Positions 24,001-36,500 of a stretch of DNA of 64,000 bases are shown here, piece by piece (position 1 is the first letter of the stretch; each line of letters opens with the position of its first letter). Position numbers and translations under genes: made by a program. Under the pieces are notes generated by a model. The model was not told the origin of the DNA, did not search any database, and was given only the letters and a program-made list of their open reading frames with translations. The DNA is from Marsupella aquatica (lineage: Eukaryota; Plantae; Marchantiophyta), in NCBI GenBank assembly GCA_973895155.1, contig OZ316899.1:2131573-2195572 (forward strand). The letters are read 5' to 3'.

Positions 24001-24960
24001 ACTTCGTAAGCAGCGGGATGGTTGCTCCCACTCGGGCGGCTCTGGCAAGCGTGCCAGGCATTAGCGACGGAGTAGGAATAGAATAGGGTTAGGAATAGCT
24101 AAGTCAGGCAATTGGGGCAGGCACCTGCCTTAGTTACAGCAGCACTGCCATGCTGTCCAGCCTGCGTAGATTAGGATCTTCTAATAAGACACAGCCGTTT
24201 TTTGGCCTGACAGTCAGATTAGTTAGGACCTAAGTCAGCGAATCTTTGGCCAGGAGGACACTCCGTTCCTTGGCCCTTAGTATTTAGTGCACCCCTCGGT
24301 AGAGGCAAGGGGTTTTTAGTCTCAGAGTTGGACATCTGTGGTATGTACGGGGAGTCCCAACCTCTGGGAGTGAAAGAGTACCAAGGGGAGGGGGTAGGAC
24401 TAAGCTCGTCGGGCGAGTGCGGAGCCGGGCTCCGTTGTAGTGTACTCCCTCGGCCTTGAACCTGTTCATTCCGGAGCTGTCGGGTCAACCAAGTGTACGC
24501 ATATGTCCCCTATGTAGTAAAATCCTTTCCCATTATTTCCTTCATGTAAATCGAGATTGTATGCTTGTGCGTGTGTATGTGTGTGTGAATCTCGTGTATA
24601 GGTGACAACGCCGGGCCGAACGCACTACCCGAGTCGTGCACGGGGTGCAGCTTGCAGGTATGTGGTTGCGAGCACGGGTTGAGGACCTGTATCATTGAAT
24701 CTGAATTGAAGACGGACAACACAAAGGCTTAGAAGTCCTTAAGCCGGGGTCGATCCTGTTATCGACTAAGGTACGTTCTGGCGGCGGAACACAAACGATA
24801 TCTAGGAGATGTCCGTATCTAAGAGTAGGCGCACTTAGCGCTAGTTTACGTGAATTAGGTGCATTACGTTCTTCCCTCCCTGCCCGAACCCTCATATTTA
24901 CGAAGGATGTGCCCGTTTAAAGCTGAAGCCCGAGTTAAGGCCAAGGCTGATGATGTGACA
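21090..24960 (+). repeat. 5' LTR (3871 bp) containing a disrupted copy of the LTR-encoded ORF (21403-24064)
   Basis: Colinear and highly similar to 31104-34968. TATA-like GTATAAAAAG at ~21294 and ATG at 21403. Seven stops and two frameshifts relative to the 3' copy. Confidence 0.9.
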
Positions 24961-24973
24961 TAGCCTTTGTTTT

Positions 24974-24991
24974 TGGCGCTAGATGGAGGGG
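24974..24991 (+). promoter_or_regulatory. Putative primer-binding site
   Basis: TGGCGCTAGATGGAGGGG, 13 nt after the LTR end; the TGG start is complementary to a tRNA CCA end. The tRNA was not identified. Confidence 0.55.
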
Positions 24992-25082
24992 GCACTCTAC
25001 ATATTGTAGAGGGGAGACGTGCATATTTGCCTGGGCAGAATACACCAGGCCCTAGTACTAACCGTCGCATTTACACGAGTAA

Positions 25083-28000
25083 ATGCCCGTCACTCGTTCT
25101 CAAGCAGCTTACTTGAGGAGATTGACCAACGAACGAGAAGGTGCGACCACAACAAGCTTCGATTCTTTGGGCTCGGAGGACTCGCAATCGCCCCGACAAA
25201 TGAACATACCACCGGGACCTTCGGGGTCCGGTTCGACCGGTCCTACTGCGGTTCCTGTGCCACCACCGCCACCACCTATGGCAGCCGCCCCACCGATGGC
25301 CCGCGCTGCCAAGCTCCTCCACAAATATCGCAACGATCGTGGTTTCATTATCGACCTTTCCAAGGGCGTCATGGGGATGATCCGGATGAATGGTTGGATG
25401 AGTTTGAAGCCACTGCTAAGGCTAACGGGGAAGATGCCATTAAGTTAACCATCCTCCCCGGAGTGATGCGGGGAGAAGCTCGTCCATGGTACAACTCGCT
25501 GCCACCCGGGACTACATGGGCACAATTCCAAGCTGCGTTGCTGCAAGAATTTTGTGCTATTGGATCCAACTTGCTGCCAAAATACGGCCCAGGCCTAGTG
25601 ACGCACTCCAGCTTACATGGTTCCTCCATGGTTTGCCCATGAATATGCAATTCTGGGTGCGCCAGAATAATCCAATTTCAATGCAAGCAGCCATAGCGTG
25701 CGCCGAAACCTACCGGGAGTCCACCTATAAATCCCGGCGAAGCCAACGGGCACGCCGCAAGAAGGGCAAGTACGAGACCTTCAGTGACAGTGACTCCAAA
25801 TTAGACGACGAGAAGAAGAAGAAACGCAAGAAGAAGAAACATTGTTCGACCTCATCCAGTTCGGAGACTGAATCTAGTTCGGATTCAACTTTGAACAGCG
25901 GGTCCTCCACCTCCAGCTCATCAGGAAGTGATTCGGAGAGTGAGAGCCGGAGCAAGAAGAAGAAAAGGCGGGTTAAGAAGGAGGGGAAAATCAAATCTCA
26001 TACTCGCAGAACGATACCCGATCCAAAGGCTGCCGAAGCAGACAAGCTTAACAAAATCACGGATCGCCTCAAAGCACTGTCAGTACATCTTGCGGAAAAG
26101 CCGGTGGAGAAGAAGAAGCCATCTGAGATTCGAGCCCATGCGTGGTGTTCAAAGTGCTTCCAATCCGGGCATGTCGTGCAAGAATGCCCAAGATGGAAGA
26201 ACCGAGTTCACCAGGTGGACTTAGATGATGTCGACAACCCGGGACCTGAAGCAGAGTCCACGGAGTATTTCTTTGAAGACCCTCCTGATTTGGTGTATCA
26301 AATTTCAACGGTGGGTCCGCGTAACTTAGCAGGTAGAACTGCATACACCTACCCAAACAATGGCCGAGGCTTCCAAGTTATCAGTAACCCTAGCATTCCT
26401 CCTAAACCAGGGATTTGGCGATCCCCGGTTTGTTACAACTGTGAGAAACCAGGCCATTTTGCGAGGGAATGCACAGAACCAAGACGCCAGGGGGATGGCC
26501 GTGGCACACCACTTTGTCAAGTCTGCAAAACGGAAACTCATTCCACGGCCAACTGTCCATTGGTAATGGCCGCTCGAACAAATGCAGCAAGACCAGCCCA
26601 GGGCAGACCGGCCACGAGTGATGCGGTCATCCAAATGACTGCGGTGGAATGGCAAGATGACAACACCAAGTGGGTGAATCTGGTGGACATGGCGGAACAC
26701 CCTAATCCATCTAACGAGGCTGAGTGCTATCGTGTGTCAACAAGAGCCGAACGGAAGGAAGAGAAGCAGGAGGAGAAATGCAGGAAAAAGCAAGATACTA
26801 CTCCGATGCAGCCAGCGATAGATATACACCCAGAGAAGGACGATGACTACCGATGGGACAACCCGAAGCTATTTTTCCCCTGCATCAAAGAATTGGTAAA
26901 GAAACAGCTGGAGGCCTACGAAGCTCGGGAATATCATAAGGCAATCGATAAGGACATCAAAGCAGCCGAGACCGCCCGGCGACAGGAGCAAGAAAAGCAA
27001 GATAAGCAAGAGGAAGCCAAGCAGCAGCCAAAGGAAGAAAAGAAGGAGGACTATGATATTAAGGAAGACGTGAAGAGTTGCCCGGTTACAGCAACGGTAG
27101 GACAACTGCTGCAAAACAATCCACAGTACAGACGGCAACTGAGGGAGTTGCTTACGGGTCGACGACGGAGACGACTCCCCCGAGTTGGGATCGCGGATTG
27201 CAACATGATATGCGAGGACCTGGGAGCGCCAGACATCTCGATTGAAATTAATAATTGTACCATCAAGATGGTTCTCGTAGACGGAGGAGCGGGAGTCAAC
27301 ATCATGACTGAAGAAACGTCAGTCAAGTTAGAATACCTCACGTATCAACCCACAGCCCGAGCTATCAGATTAGCAAACGGGGCAAGGGTACTTCCATTGG
27401 GCACGCTTACACGGGTACTCACTTTGGTAGGAGGGGTGGAGTTCTATCTCAACTTCCTAGTCATGAGGCCGGTTCGGCCCTCCTCTTATCCGGTCCTCCT
27501 AGGCAGGCCGTGGCTGTACGGTGCCGTGTGGTCACGGATTGGGGAAAGAAGGAGCTACGGTTCGGGACACCCACAGTACGGGTATCATGGGCAATGGACG
27601 ATTATCAGGGCGAAACCCCACAGGGACCCAAGGAATATGATTCGGAGACCTCGGAGGAAGGGGAACTCAACATGATTGAACTCATCTCGTCCCTGTCCGA
27701 GGAAGATGTCTTCGAGACAACCTGCAAAACACATCTCCTGAATTACCCGAAGGCTGCTATTGAGCCCACCCCGAGCACCTCTACTGCTCGGGATGAGGAA
27801 ACGCAAAAATGACTCATCGATACGGAGGACACGGCTCCAGCTAAGCAGGGAGCCGATGCTGCTTCTACCAGTGCAGAGCCTCGTGACCATGAACCAGCCA
27901 AACAACCGCCCGAGGCCAAAAACCCGAGACCGAGACATAAGAAACGAGTCTCCTGGGATCCGTCCATCCCGCAGTTGGAGGAAGTAACTCCAATCCCGAG

Positions 28001-30982
28001 ACCAGTCCCGGTTCCACCCATGTACGGAGGAGTTCGGTTAGCTGAACTTGATGCGAGCCTGGACCCGAGCTTGCGGAACCAGGTTGAAGTCATCAGGAAG
28101 GAGCACTACCGGAAGTACACCATTGGGATGGATAAATCGTTTAACCTGGGCCACGCTCTGATGGGGGAGGCGGAAAAATCTATCCAAGCTCTGCTCAAGG
28201 AATATGAAGATGTGTTTGCATGGAGCCATCACGATTTAACAAGAGTCTCCCCCGAGTTAGGAGAACACACGATCGATTTGAATCTGGGGGCCCATGCAGT
28301 ACGGCAGCGACAACGTCGCATGAACCCGAGGTACTCCATCTTAGTGAAGGAGGAAATTGATTGTCTCCTCACCGCAGATATCATCTACCCGGTAATGGCC
28401 AGCGACTGGGTCTCTCCCATCGTCATTGTACCAAAAAAGGGAGGAACGGACGGAAAACCTAAGATCCGGATTTGTCAGGACTATCGTAAGCTGAACGACG
28501 CGACCCAAAAAGACCATTACCTGTTACCATTCACGGATATGGTTCTAGATATGGTAGCCCAAAATGAAATTTATACATTCCTTGATGGGTATTCGGGTTA
28601 TAACCAAATCTGGATTCGCCTCTCGGATCAGCTCAAAACAACGTTCACTACGGAATGGGGGACTTTGGCATTTCGGAGAATGCCGTTTGGACTGTGTAAC
28701 GCTCCGGCCATGTTTCAGCGACTCATGATGAATATCTTCCATGATTTCCTACGGGAATTTCTGGAGATATTTATCGACGACTTCACCATCTTTGGAACTA
28801 TTGCCATGCACCCCGAACACCTAAGACGTACGTTACAACGATGCTGAGAGGTTAACCTCAAACTACATCCTGCTAAATGCTTTTTTGGGGTAGAGGAGGG
28901 AGTGTTACTCGGGCATCGTGTGTCCAAACGGGGTATCGAGGTGGACCAAGAGAAGGTCGCGGCCTGGATGGCGGTGGTGTTCCCCGTAGATCAAAAAGCG
29001 GTACGATCCTTCTTGGGCTGTGTAGGGTATTACCGTCGGTTCATTAAAGACTTTGCTAAAATAGCGTTGCCCTTGACTGAGATGATGAAAAAGGACGCGG
29101 TGATCGAGGAGACACCCAGGAGATGGATTGCTTTCGAAGAACTCCGTAAAAGACTCACCACCGCACCTATCATGGTCACTTCGGACTGGAATAAGGAGTT
29201 CCACGTGTATGTCGATGTGTCAGGGTTCTGTATTGGATTCGTGCTCAGTCAGCTTGATGAGGACGGACGCGACCACCCCATCTACTTCGCTAGCCGTCAA
29301 TTATTCACAGCCGAAAAGAATTATTCCCCCACTGATCGAGAAGCTCTGGGAATAATCTACTCGTGTAAAAAGTTCCGACACTATCTGCTAGGCTACAAGG
29401 TCATATTCCACACGGATCATGATAGCCTGAAGTACATGGTCAACAAAGCGGACGTGACAGGATGGATAGCCCGGTGGGTGCTACTTCTCCAGGAATTTAA
29501 CTACGAAGTTTGGGTTCGGCCCGAACAGGCACACCTCAATGCCGACTTCTTTTCAAGGCTGGACGGCGTACCAGTCGATCAGCCAATTGATGATATTTTT
29601 CCAGATGAGGAGTTGTTCCACGTAGGGGCGGGGACGCCAACGTGGTAGGGCTCAATAATCATCTTTCTCTTAACAGGCCGCATCCCTGACGGCATCAATC
29701 AGGAAGCCGCCACTGTGTTTCTACGGAAAGCCGGGCCTTACGTCATGGTACAGGGTCACCTACATAAGGAAGGAGTTAATGGGAAGTTACGACACTGCTT
29801 GGAGTATAAGGAGACGCTTATCGTGATGCGAGCCTTGCATGAAGAAGAAGCTGGAGGCCATTTCGCGGCTATCACGACAGCCTGAAAGATTTTGGACTCA
29901 GGGTATTGGTGGCCTACGTTGCATCAGGATGTACAACGCTTCATCAAGGACTGTGACTGTGTCAACGGGCTGGGGCTCCGAGACGAGCTCATCATCACCC
30001 TCTCACGTCCGTGCTTCCATTAGCACCGTTTGAAAAGTGGGGTATTGATTATATCGGGCCATTTACTCCCGTTACCCAAAGACAAAGATGCAGGTACATC
30101 CTGCTAGCTATTGATTACTCCACCAAGTGGGTCGAAGCACGGGCTACGATGAAGGACGACGCCGCAACCAGCGCCAGGTTCTTATATGAACAGATTTTCA
30201 CCCGGTTCGGACCACCCTTAGAGTTGGTAAGCGACCATGGAACACACTTCCTCAATGACACTGTAGCCCAGCTTACGGAGCGTTACCTAGTCAAGCATCG
30301 CAAGACTACCCTGTATCATCCTAAAGCCAACGGGATGACAGAGAGAGCAAATGGTATCATTGGGAAGATCCTCAACAAAATTGTAGCTGCGCACAAAACG
30401 AATTGGGACGATAAGTTGTACGCAGCGGTGTACTCGTATAATCTAGCTTACAAAACTACTATGAGTCACAGCCCATACTTTCTCGTGTTCGACCAACATT
30501 TGTTGGTACCCGTCGAGTTTGAAGTACACACTCCACGGGTCAGTATTCGGGATCGCTTACCTGAATCTGAAAGTTTGTCAGACCGAGCTTATCAGATTGA
30601 AGCCTTAGAAGAGGCACGGCTACTAGCAGCTCGACATGCCGTAATGAAGCAGGCAACTTCCAAGAAACAGCACGACAAAGGACTATGGAAGGTCGACGTC
30701 GTGACAGGCGATCTAGTCCTTTTGTACGATAGTCGGTACATGCAGTTTCCAGGGAAGCTTCATACCCGTTGGTTAGGGCCCTTCCTAGTCAATCAGATCT
30801 ACCATAACGGATCTTTGGAGCTTGCGACGTACGCCGGCGATTTACTCCCCACGCAAGTCAGTTACGATCGTGTAAAGAAATACCACCATCAAGACGATGA
30901 CGCCGAGAGTGATGTTCGCGAGGACACTTCACAATTAAGCAGGGAGCTATGTGACGCCGCTGGTACGGCGAGTAATGAGTAA
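25083..30982 (+). pseudogene. gag-pol polyprotein (Gag with 3 CCHC knuckles, protease, RT, RNase H, integrase), frameshifted
   Basis: Gag DPDEWL..GEARPWY; knuckles CSKC..H..C, CYNCEKPGHFAREC, CQVC..H..C; protease VLVDGGAGVNIM; RT FLDGYSGYNQI, IFIDDF; RH VDVSGFCIG, REALGII; IN WGIDYIGP, VSDHGTHF, NGMTER. Confidence 0.95.
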
Positions 30983-31103
30983 TTTGGTCTAAACCGTGCT
31001 TAGCACGTGCGTTAGGGGTATCTTAGGCCGCTATGATTAGCATAACGACAATATTTAGGTAGCCATTATGAGTAGGAAATCATTAGTCAATAAGAGGAAT
31101 TCA

Positions 31104-34100
31104 TGTTCGGGCTGGCGGCGCGTCGCCATTCGCACGCCCGAGTTACGAGCGTGGAGGGGCCCCTCCCTCGGGTCCATATAACGAACTTTGGGAGGCATCC
31201 ACTGACACGCGGTGACTCAGACCGGCGGAGTGGCCGGTACACTACAAGCGTGAACGGTTCAGCCTATAGGCAACAAGGAGATGTCGGGGGATTGACAAGC
31301 CCTCAAGGTATAAAAAGGGAGCCGACCCTTTGTAGTGCACCAGTCCATCAGTCCACGCGCCAGCTTCGACCCCAGCTCTCTCGTTCACTCTTAGTTGCCA
31401 CTACTATCTCCTCTGAATGTCGCACACGATCCTCTCCAGTTCGGCCATTCGATTTTGGACGCAGTTCCAATCTACCGGAAGACACTTGGCCGACTCATTG
31501 AAACACGCCAACCCACGCCGATACAAAATCAAACGCAAGTACAAGAGAGCCATCCGCCTAGCAGGACGACACCACTACATCCTTAACTTTGACTACCCGT
31601 CTGAGAGCGAGCTTTACCAACCAGCAGAGGTATCTGGGAACTTCTTCAACGGAGACAAATATATCGGTTTTTGGGAAGCATTGCTTCGGCTTCCGGACGA
31701 GGACTTCAATATCCCGGGTACGATCAACTTGCAACGACATCACTTTGACCACATCCTTGCTCAGGTTCGGGCTATCATCAATAGCGAGTCCAGCACTACC
31801 CGTTCGACAAGGTCGTCTGCACTTGCTTCGGAGAACTTCTACCAGCACCTGCATAGCTTCATGGGAACTAGACCCGCAACCGCCGGCACCGGCCCAGTCG
31901 ACCCCATACCCGTACCCGCACCAATGCAGACTCAGACTCAGGCTCAGGCTCAGCTTCAGTCTCAGTCTCAGCCTAGCCAACCCCCACCGCCAATCGCCCC
32001 GCCAGCAGTACAAGTACGCTCCGTCATCAACGCTGTGGACCTTAGCGACAAGGACGAGGCTACCCCACCCTTGCTCAAGCGGCCCAGAGGAGCAAACACT
32101 CAGGGGGCCGACACTACATCATCCCCTCCCCATGCTCGGACCCAAGGAGCGGCTCCAGCAGACAACACGGTAACTGTGGCCGCCCCGGGCCCAATACTAA
32201 CGGCGGTAGCACTACCTATGCCCGATAGAGAGGATGGGGAGGTGTCACCCTCCCCGAGCCAGTCACGGGGGAAGAAGAGGAAGGAACCCGCCACTGCATC
32301 CGGGTTACCATTGGCCATGGTAGCCGTGGCCAAGGTGACAATGCACCGCTTGGGGGAAAACGTGCATAAGAACATCCTCCATCCCAAGCATGCGGTGTAC
32401 CTGAAGACTCAGGGATTCGAGCACCTCGCCTCTCTCCCCTGGAACACTTGCAAGTACTATGGGGAGGACATGACGGAATTTGTCAAGATTTATGATGACG
32501 CACGTCAACATACTCGGCTGCGGGGAAGTAATATGTCCCTCACGGAAGAACGGCTCAAGATGATCTTCGGGTTACCCGAAGGTGACCATCGAGTCGAATC
32601 ACGGGCTCCCGGGGGCAAGGGAGCCAAGTACCAATCCTCGAGTTTTCCCTCAGAGGGAGCAGTGGACAACGGGTTCGTGATGAGGACCTGCCTCATCCCC
32701 GAGATAGCTGAGCGACTGGAGTTCCAAAGGTACGCCCTCCACATGATGGAACCCCGGGGGGAGATCTCTGCCGCCCAGGTTATCCAGGTCGAGAACTATC
32801 GACCTAGGAAGTGGGCGTCGTACTTCGCTAAGAAATTCCATGAAGAGATGGAGTGCCGAAGGAAGACGCTATACATTGGTGGGAAGGCGTATTTCGCTAG
32901 CCACATCGAGATCATTCTTGAGTGGTACGCTCGGTTTGATCGATGAACCCTTCCCCGTGTCACCGTTACAAAGCTGGTCCCAGCTAGGTGGGTTTTCCTG
33001 GTCTTGGAGAGACGGCCCCAACCCGAGGCCCGAAGTCCAGCGGACACGCAAGCTTCACCCACCCCACCTCCACAAGTAGTTGTAGTCGTAACCAAGGAGA
33101 TACCAGATGGGTCGGTTATCGCAACCGTAGATGCGATCCAACAGGCCGGGCTAAGTACAGAAGTCAGTACAGCGGAGGCCTTACTCGAGCCCGGGTCTCC
33201 CAACGACCCACCGGTGGCTATTCCGGAGCACCGGACATTCCTGCAGGAGGACACTCCAGCCCCTTCCAACATTACGTCCCCAGGGCTGGATGTCACTGCC
33301 CCGGCCCCCGCGCGTGTTGACGTCTGCCCGTGCCCAACTCCGGACAGGCACAACCTGGACCACCCGGAACTCTTCATACCGGGTACATTTCTGAACGGGC
33401 TTCTGGGAGATTTCTCTCATCAAATTGCCCGGGATACCGGGGAGTTCATGGCCTGGAAGGTAGCTTGTTTCTTCAATCAGGAGTTAGTTGTCGCAGTAAA
33501 GGCAGGTCGGGCCCAGTCAGAGGCCCTTCAGAGGATAGAGCGGTACTGGGTGGAGTCCGTATACTTAAAGAATGAAGTTGCGGCTCAAGAGGCTGAGCTT
33601 CTGCAACTACGACCCAAAGTTGCAGTCGCCGATGAGTTGTTAGCAAAGGCGCACGCCCTTACCGCCCTAGCCGAGCAGGCCAAAGTTGGGAACGAGGCCG
33701 AGATTGCACGACTCCGGAACCAGATTGACAATTTGAAGAATCAAACTGTCATCTGGCAGAAAGACCTGGAGGAGGCCGAAGAACGGGCCCAGCGAGACAC
33801 TACGGAGATAGCCACGCTACAGGCCGAAGTGGCACGGCTCCAAACCGAAGCCGAGAAGCAGGACCAGCTGGCGGGCAAGCTGACAAGCGACGCCCAGCAG
33901 CTGGAGGAGGCATGCCAGGAGGCAGCGGAGGAGACAGATGCGGCGAAGCGAGAGAACGAATCTCTGCTGGACCAGGTCCAGCTCCTCAAGGCAGACAACG
34001 ACAGACTTTGTAAGCAGCGGGATGGCCGCTCCCACTCGGGCGGCTCTGGCAAGCGTGCCAGGCATTAGCGGCGGAGTAGGAATAGAATAGGGTTAGGAAT

Positions 34101-34968
34101 AGCTAAGTCAGGCAATTGGGACAGGCACCTACCTTAGTTACAGCAGCACTGCCATGCTGTCCAGCCTGCGTAGATTAGGATCTTCTAATAAGACACAGCC
34201 GTTTTTCGGCCTGACAGTCAGATTAGTTAGGACCTAAGTCAGCAAATCTTCGGCCAGGAGGACACTTTGTTCCTCGGCCCTTAGTATTTAGTGCACCCCT
34301 CGGTAGAGGCAGGGAGGGGTTTTTTAGTCTCAGAGTTGGACATCCGTGGTATGTGCGGGGAGTCCCGACCTCTGGGAGTGAAAGAGTACCAAGGGGAGGG
34401 GGTAGGACTAAGCTCGTCGGGCGAGTGCGGAGCCGGGCTCCGTTGTAGTGTACTCCCTCGGCCTTGAACCTGTTCATTCCGGAGCTGTCGGGTCAACCAA
34501 GTGTACGCATATGTCCCCTATGTAGTAAAATCCTTTCCCATTATTTCCTTCGTGTAAATCGAGATTGTATGCTTGTGAGCGTGTATGTGTGTGTGAATCT
34601 CGTGTATAGGTGACAACGCCGGGCTGAACGCACTACCCGAGTCGTGCACGGGGTGCAGCTTGTGGGTATGTGGTTGCGAGCACGGGTTGAGGACCTGTAT
34701 CATTGAATCTGGATCGAAGGTGGACAACACGAAGGCTTAGAAGTCCTTAAGCCAGGGTCGATCCTGTTATCGACTAAGGTACGTTCCGGCGGCGGAATAC
34801 AAACCATACCTAGGAGATGTCTGTATCTAACAGTAGGCGCACTTAGCGCTAGTTTACGTGAATTAGGTGCATTATGTTCTTCCCTCCCTGCCCAAACCCT
34901 CATATTTACAAAGGATGTGCCCGTTTAAAGCTGAAGCCTGAGTTAAGGCCAAGGCTGATGACATGACA
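31104..34968 (+). repeat. 3' LTR (3865 bp)
   Basis: Second copy of the repeat, with a TATA-like box at ~31308. Confidence 0.9.
31417..34068 (+). pseudogene. 883-codon ORF wholly inside the 3' LTR: N-terminal domain, Pro-rich linkers, conserved env/ORF-X-like core, coiled coil, basic tail
   Basis: Track ORFs 31417-32946 and 33004-34068 are in the same frame, separated only by one TGA (32944) where the 5' copy has CGA. The core EFVKIYD..LRGSNMSLTEERLKMIFGLP resembles the Athila env-like 'EFYAN..VRG..FS..IN..LGL' pattern. Confidence 0.85.
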
Positions 34969-35447
34969 ACATACCCTAAGTAAGTTGACCGTCGGTTGGA
35001 GGACACCATTGTAAGAGACATGGGATATTAGAAGGAGCCCAATATCCATCAAGGATACATCCTATAAGGGCCCCTTCATCCCGCCCACCCACATGACTGG
35101 GTGACTACTTGCCTCCCTTGGCTCACCACTTGCCTAGCGAGTTGCATTGCAACTTGCGCTCGACTTCTCCCTACCTCCCTTCATGCCCAAGTTGCCCCTC
35201 AACTCTGCCGTTTTTTTACTCGGGCCCTTTGCTCCTCCTCAACTGCCGCTCCGTGCTTGGGCCCAACTTACTCATGGCTGTTGAGTCATGACCTTTGACT
35301 TGCCCTCATGATTGGAGCCACACCGCCCGACTTGCCTCGACCATGGATTGACAAGCCCCGCGGCCATACCTCCCCGCCAAACTGCCCTCCTCGACTCCCA
35401 ACGTGCTTGCTCAAAACCAGTTGGGTCCAGGCACATGAAGTGCCACC

Positions 35448-35645
35448 TGTTAGGTATTTACTTGAGGTCTAGGGTTACAACATGTAACCATAGTTAGGCT
35501 AACCGCAATCAAAGACATGGTTATGTTAACTAGGATGCACACTATATGCCAAGCAATGTTTGCTTGGATAAGTGGAAGTTAGGCTCATTGTTACAAAGCC
35601 AGTTGAGAGATAGAGAGAGCTTGTGCTATGGAAGCTTTGTAAAAA
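35448..35645 (+). mobile_element. Copia LTR fragment related to 7416-7740
   Basis: Starts TGTTAGG and shares ttaggctcattgtta..agttgagagatagagagagcttgtgct.tgga.gctt. Confidence 0.6.
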
Positions 35646-35864
35646 ACCGTCAGCTCACGGACTAGACAACAATGCAAAACATGAGAGCACTCAATCTCAC
35701 ACTACACCAACAAGACACCACGATGAAGAAACTCCTAAAGGATCCATACTTATGAGAAGTACATGTGAAGAATGAGGGAGAGAGCACTCCCCCTCCAACC
35801 TATACCCCCCAAGAGGGCCAAGAAGTGTGGGCCTAATCTAAGCGGATCTTATCCTAATATAATA

Positions 35865-36500
35865 TGTAGTATCATACCAGGGACATAAATTAACATTTAA
35901 GGTCCAAAACACGATATTCGTTCCCATGGAAGAACATGTATAGAATGATTTTCTATTGTTTAGCACTTTTGAATGAGTAAGGTGACAAAAACACAGGTTT
36001 GAGCCTTTTTACTATGATTGCTCAATAAGACATAGATTTGACTGTTTGCTTAACATTGTAAATAATAATAAATTAAAAATGGAAACAATTAACAAAATAC
36101 AGGGAAATCTTGAGGTATGATGAGGGAGTTAGGAAACAACCAAGGTTACTTGAACTCAACATAACTTCATTTGATATGATTTAGGTAGTATATCCGTAAG
36201 AACATTCTAGAAAGGATTACTGTACTAGGATGATCACAAAAATGTCATCAACATGTCTCAACTTTCCTTCCAAGGTACTTAGTGGAGACTAGTAATCAAT
36301 CACTTCGGTATCCATTCGGTACTTTGTGTCATGAATAAGAGACACCATCATCATCAAATTTGAAGTCATAAGTTATTGGTAAGTAATCCTTCTTAGCGTC
36401 TGTGCTCAAGCAAGGTAACGCCAACAACTATGCATCAAGAACTTTTAGAATTATGTAGATCTCACCAAATAATGAATCTACTTCTACACATTCTAAAGAT
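35865..36500. mobile_element. Terminal fragment of the same LTR family as 1224-5187
   Basis: TGTAGT start and the ATTCGTTCCC motif. Blocks caaggttact and aaatg..aacatgtct..acttt.cttcc..gtactta are colinear with 1480-1680. Right boundary approximate. Confidence 0.65.

Larger units (their letters stand above)
21090..34968 (+). mobile_element. Full-length non-chromovirus Ty3/gypsy (Athila-like) retrotransposon with ~3.9-kb LTRs
   Basis: Direct repeats 21090-24960 and 31104-34968 (TG...CA) flank gag-pol in PR-RT-RH-IN order. No chromodomain or extra archaeal RNase H was seen. No TSD (ATTCA vs ACATA). Confidence 0.9.

Noticed and set aside
21544-34052. Numerous antisense and alternative-frame ORFs in the GC-rich LTRs and gag-pol
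   Set aside because: Shadows of GC-rich coding sequence; low complexity with no recognisable domains.
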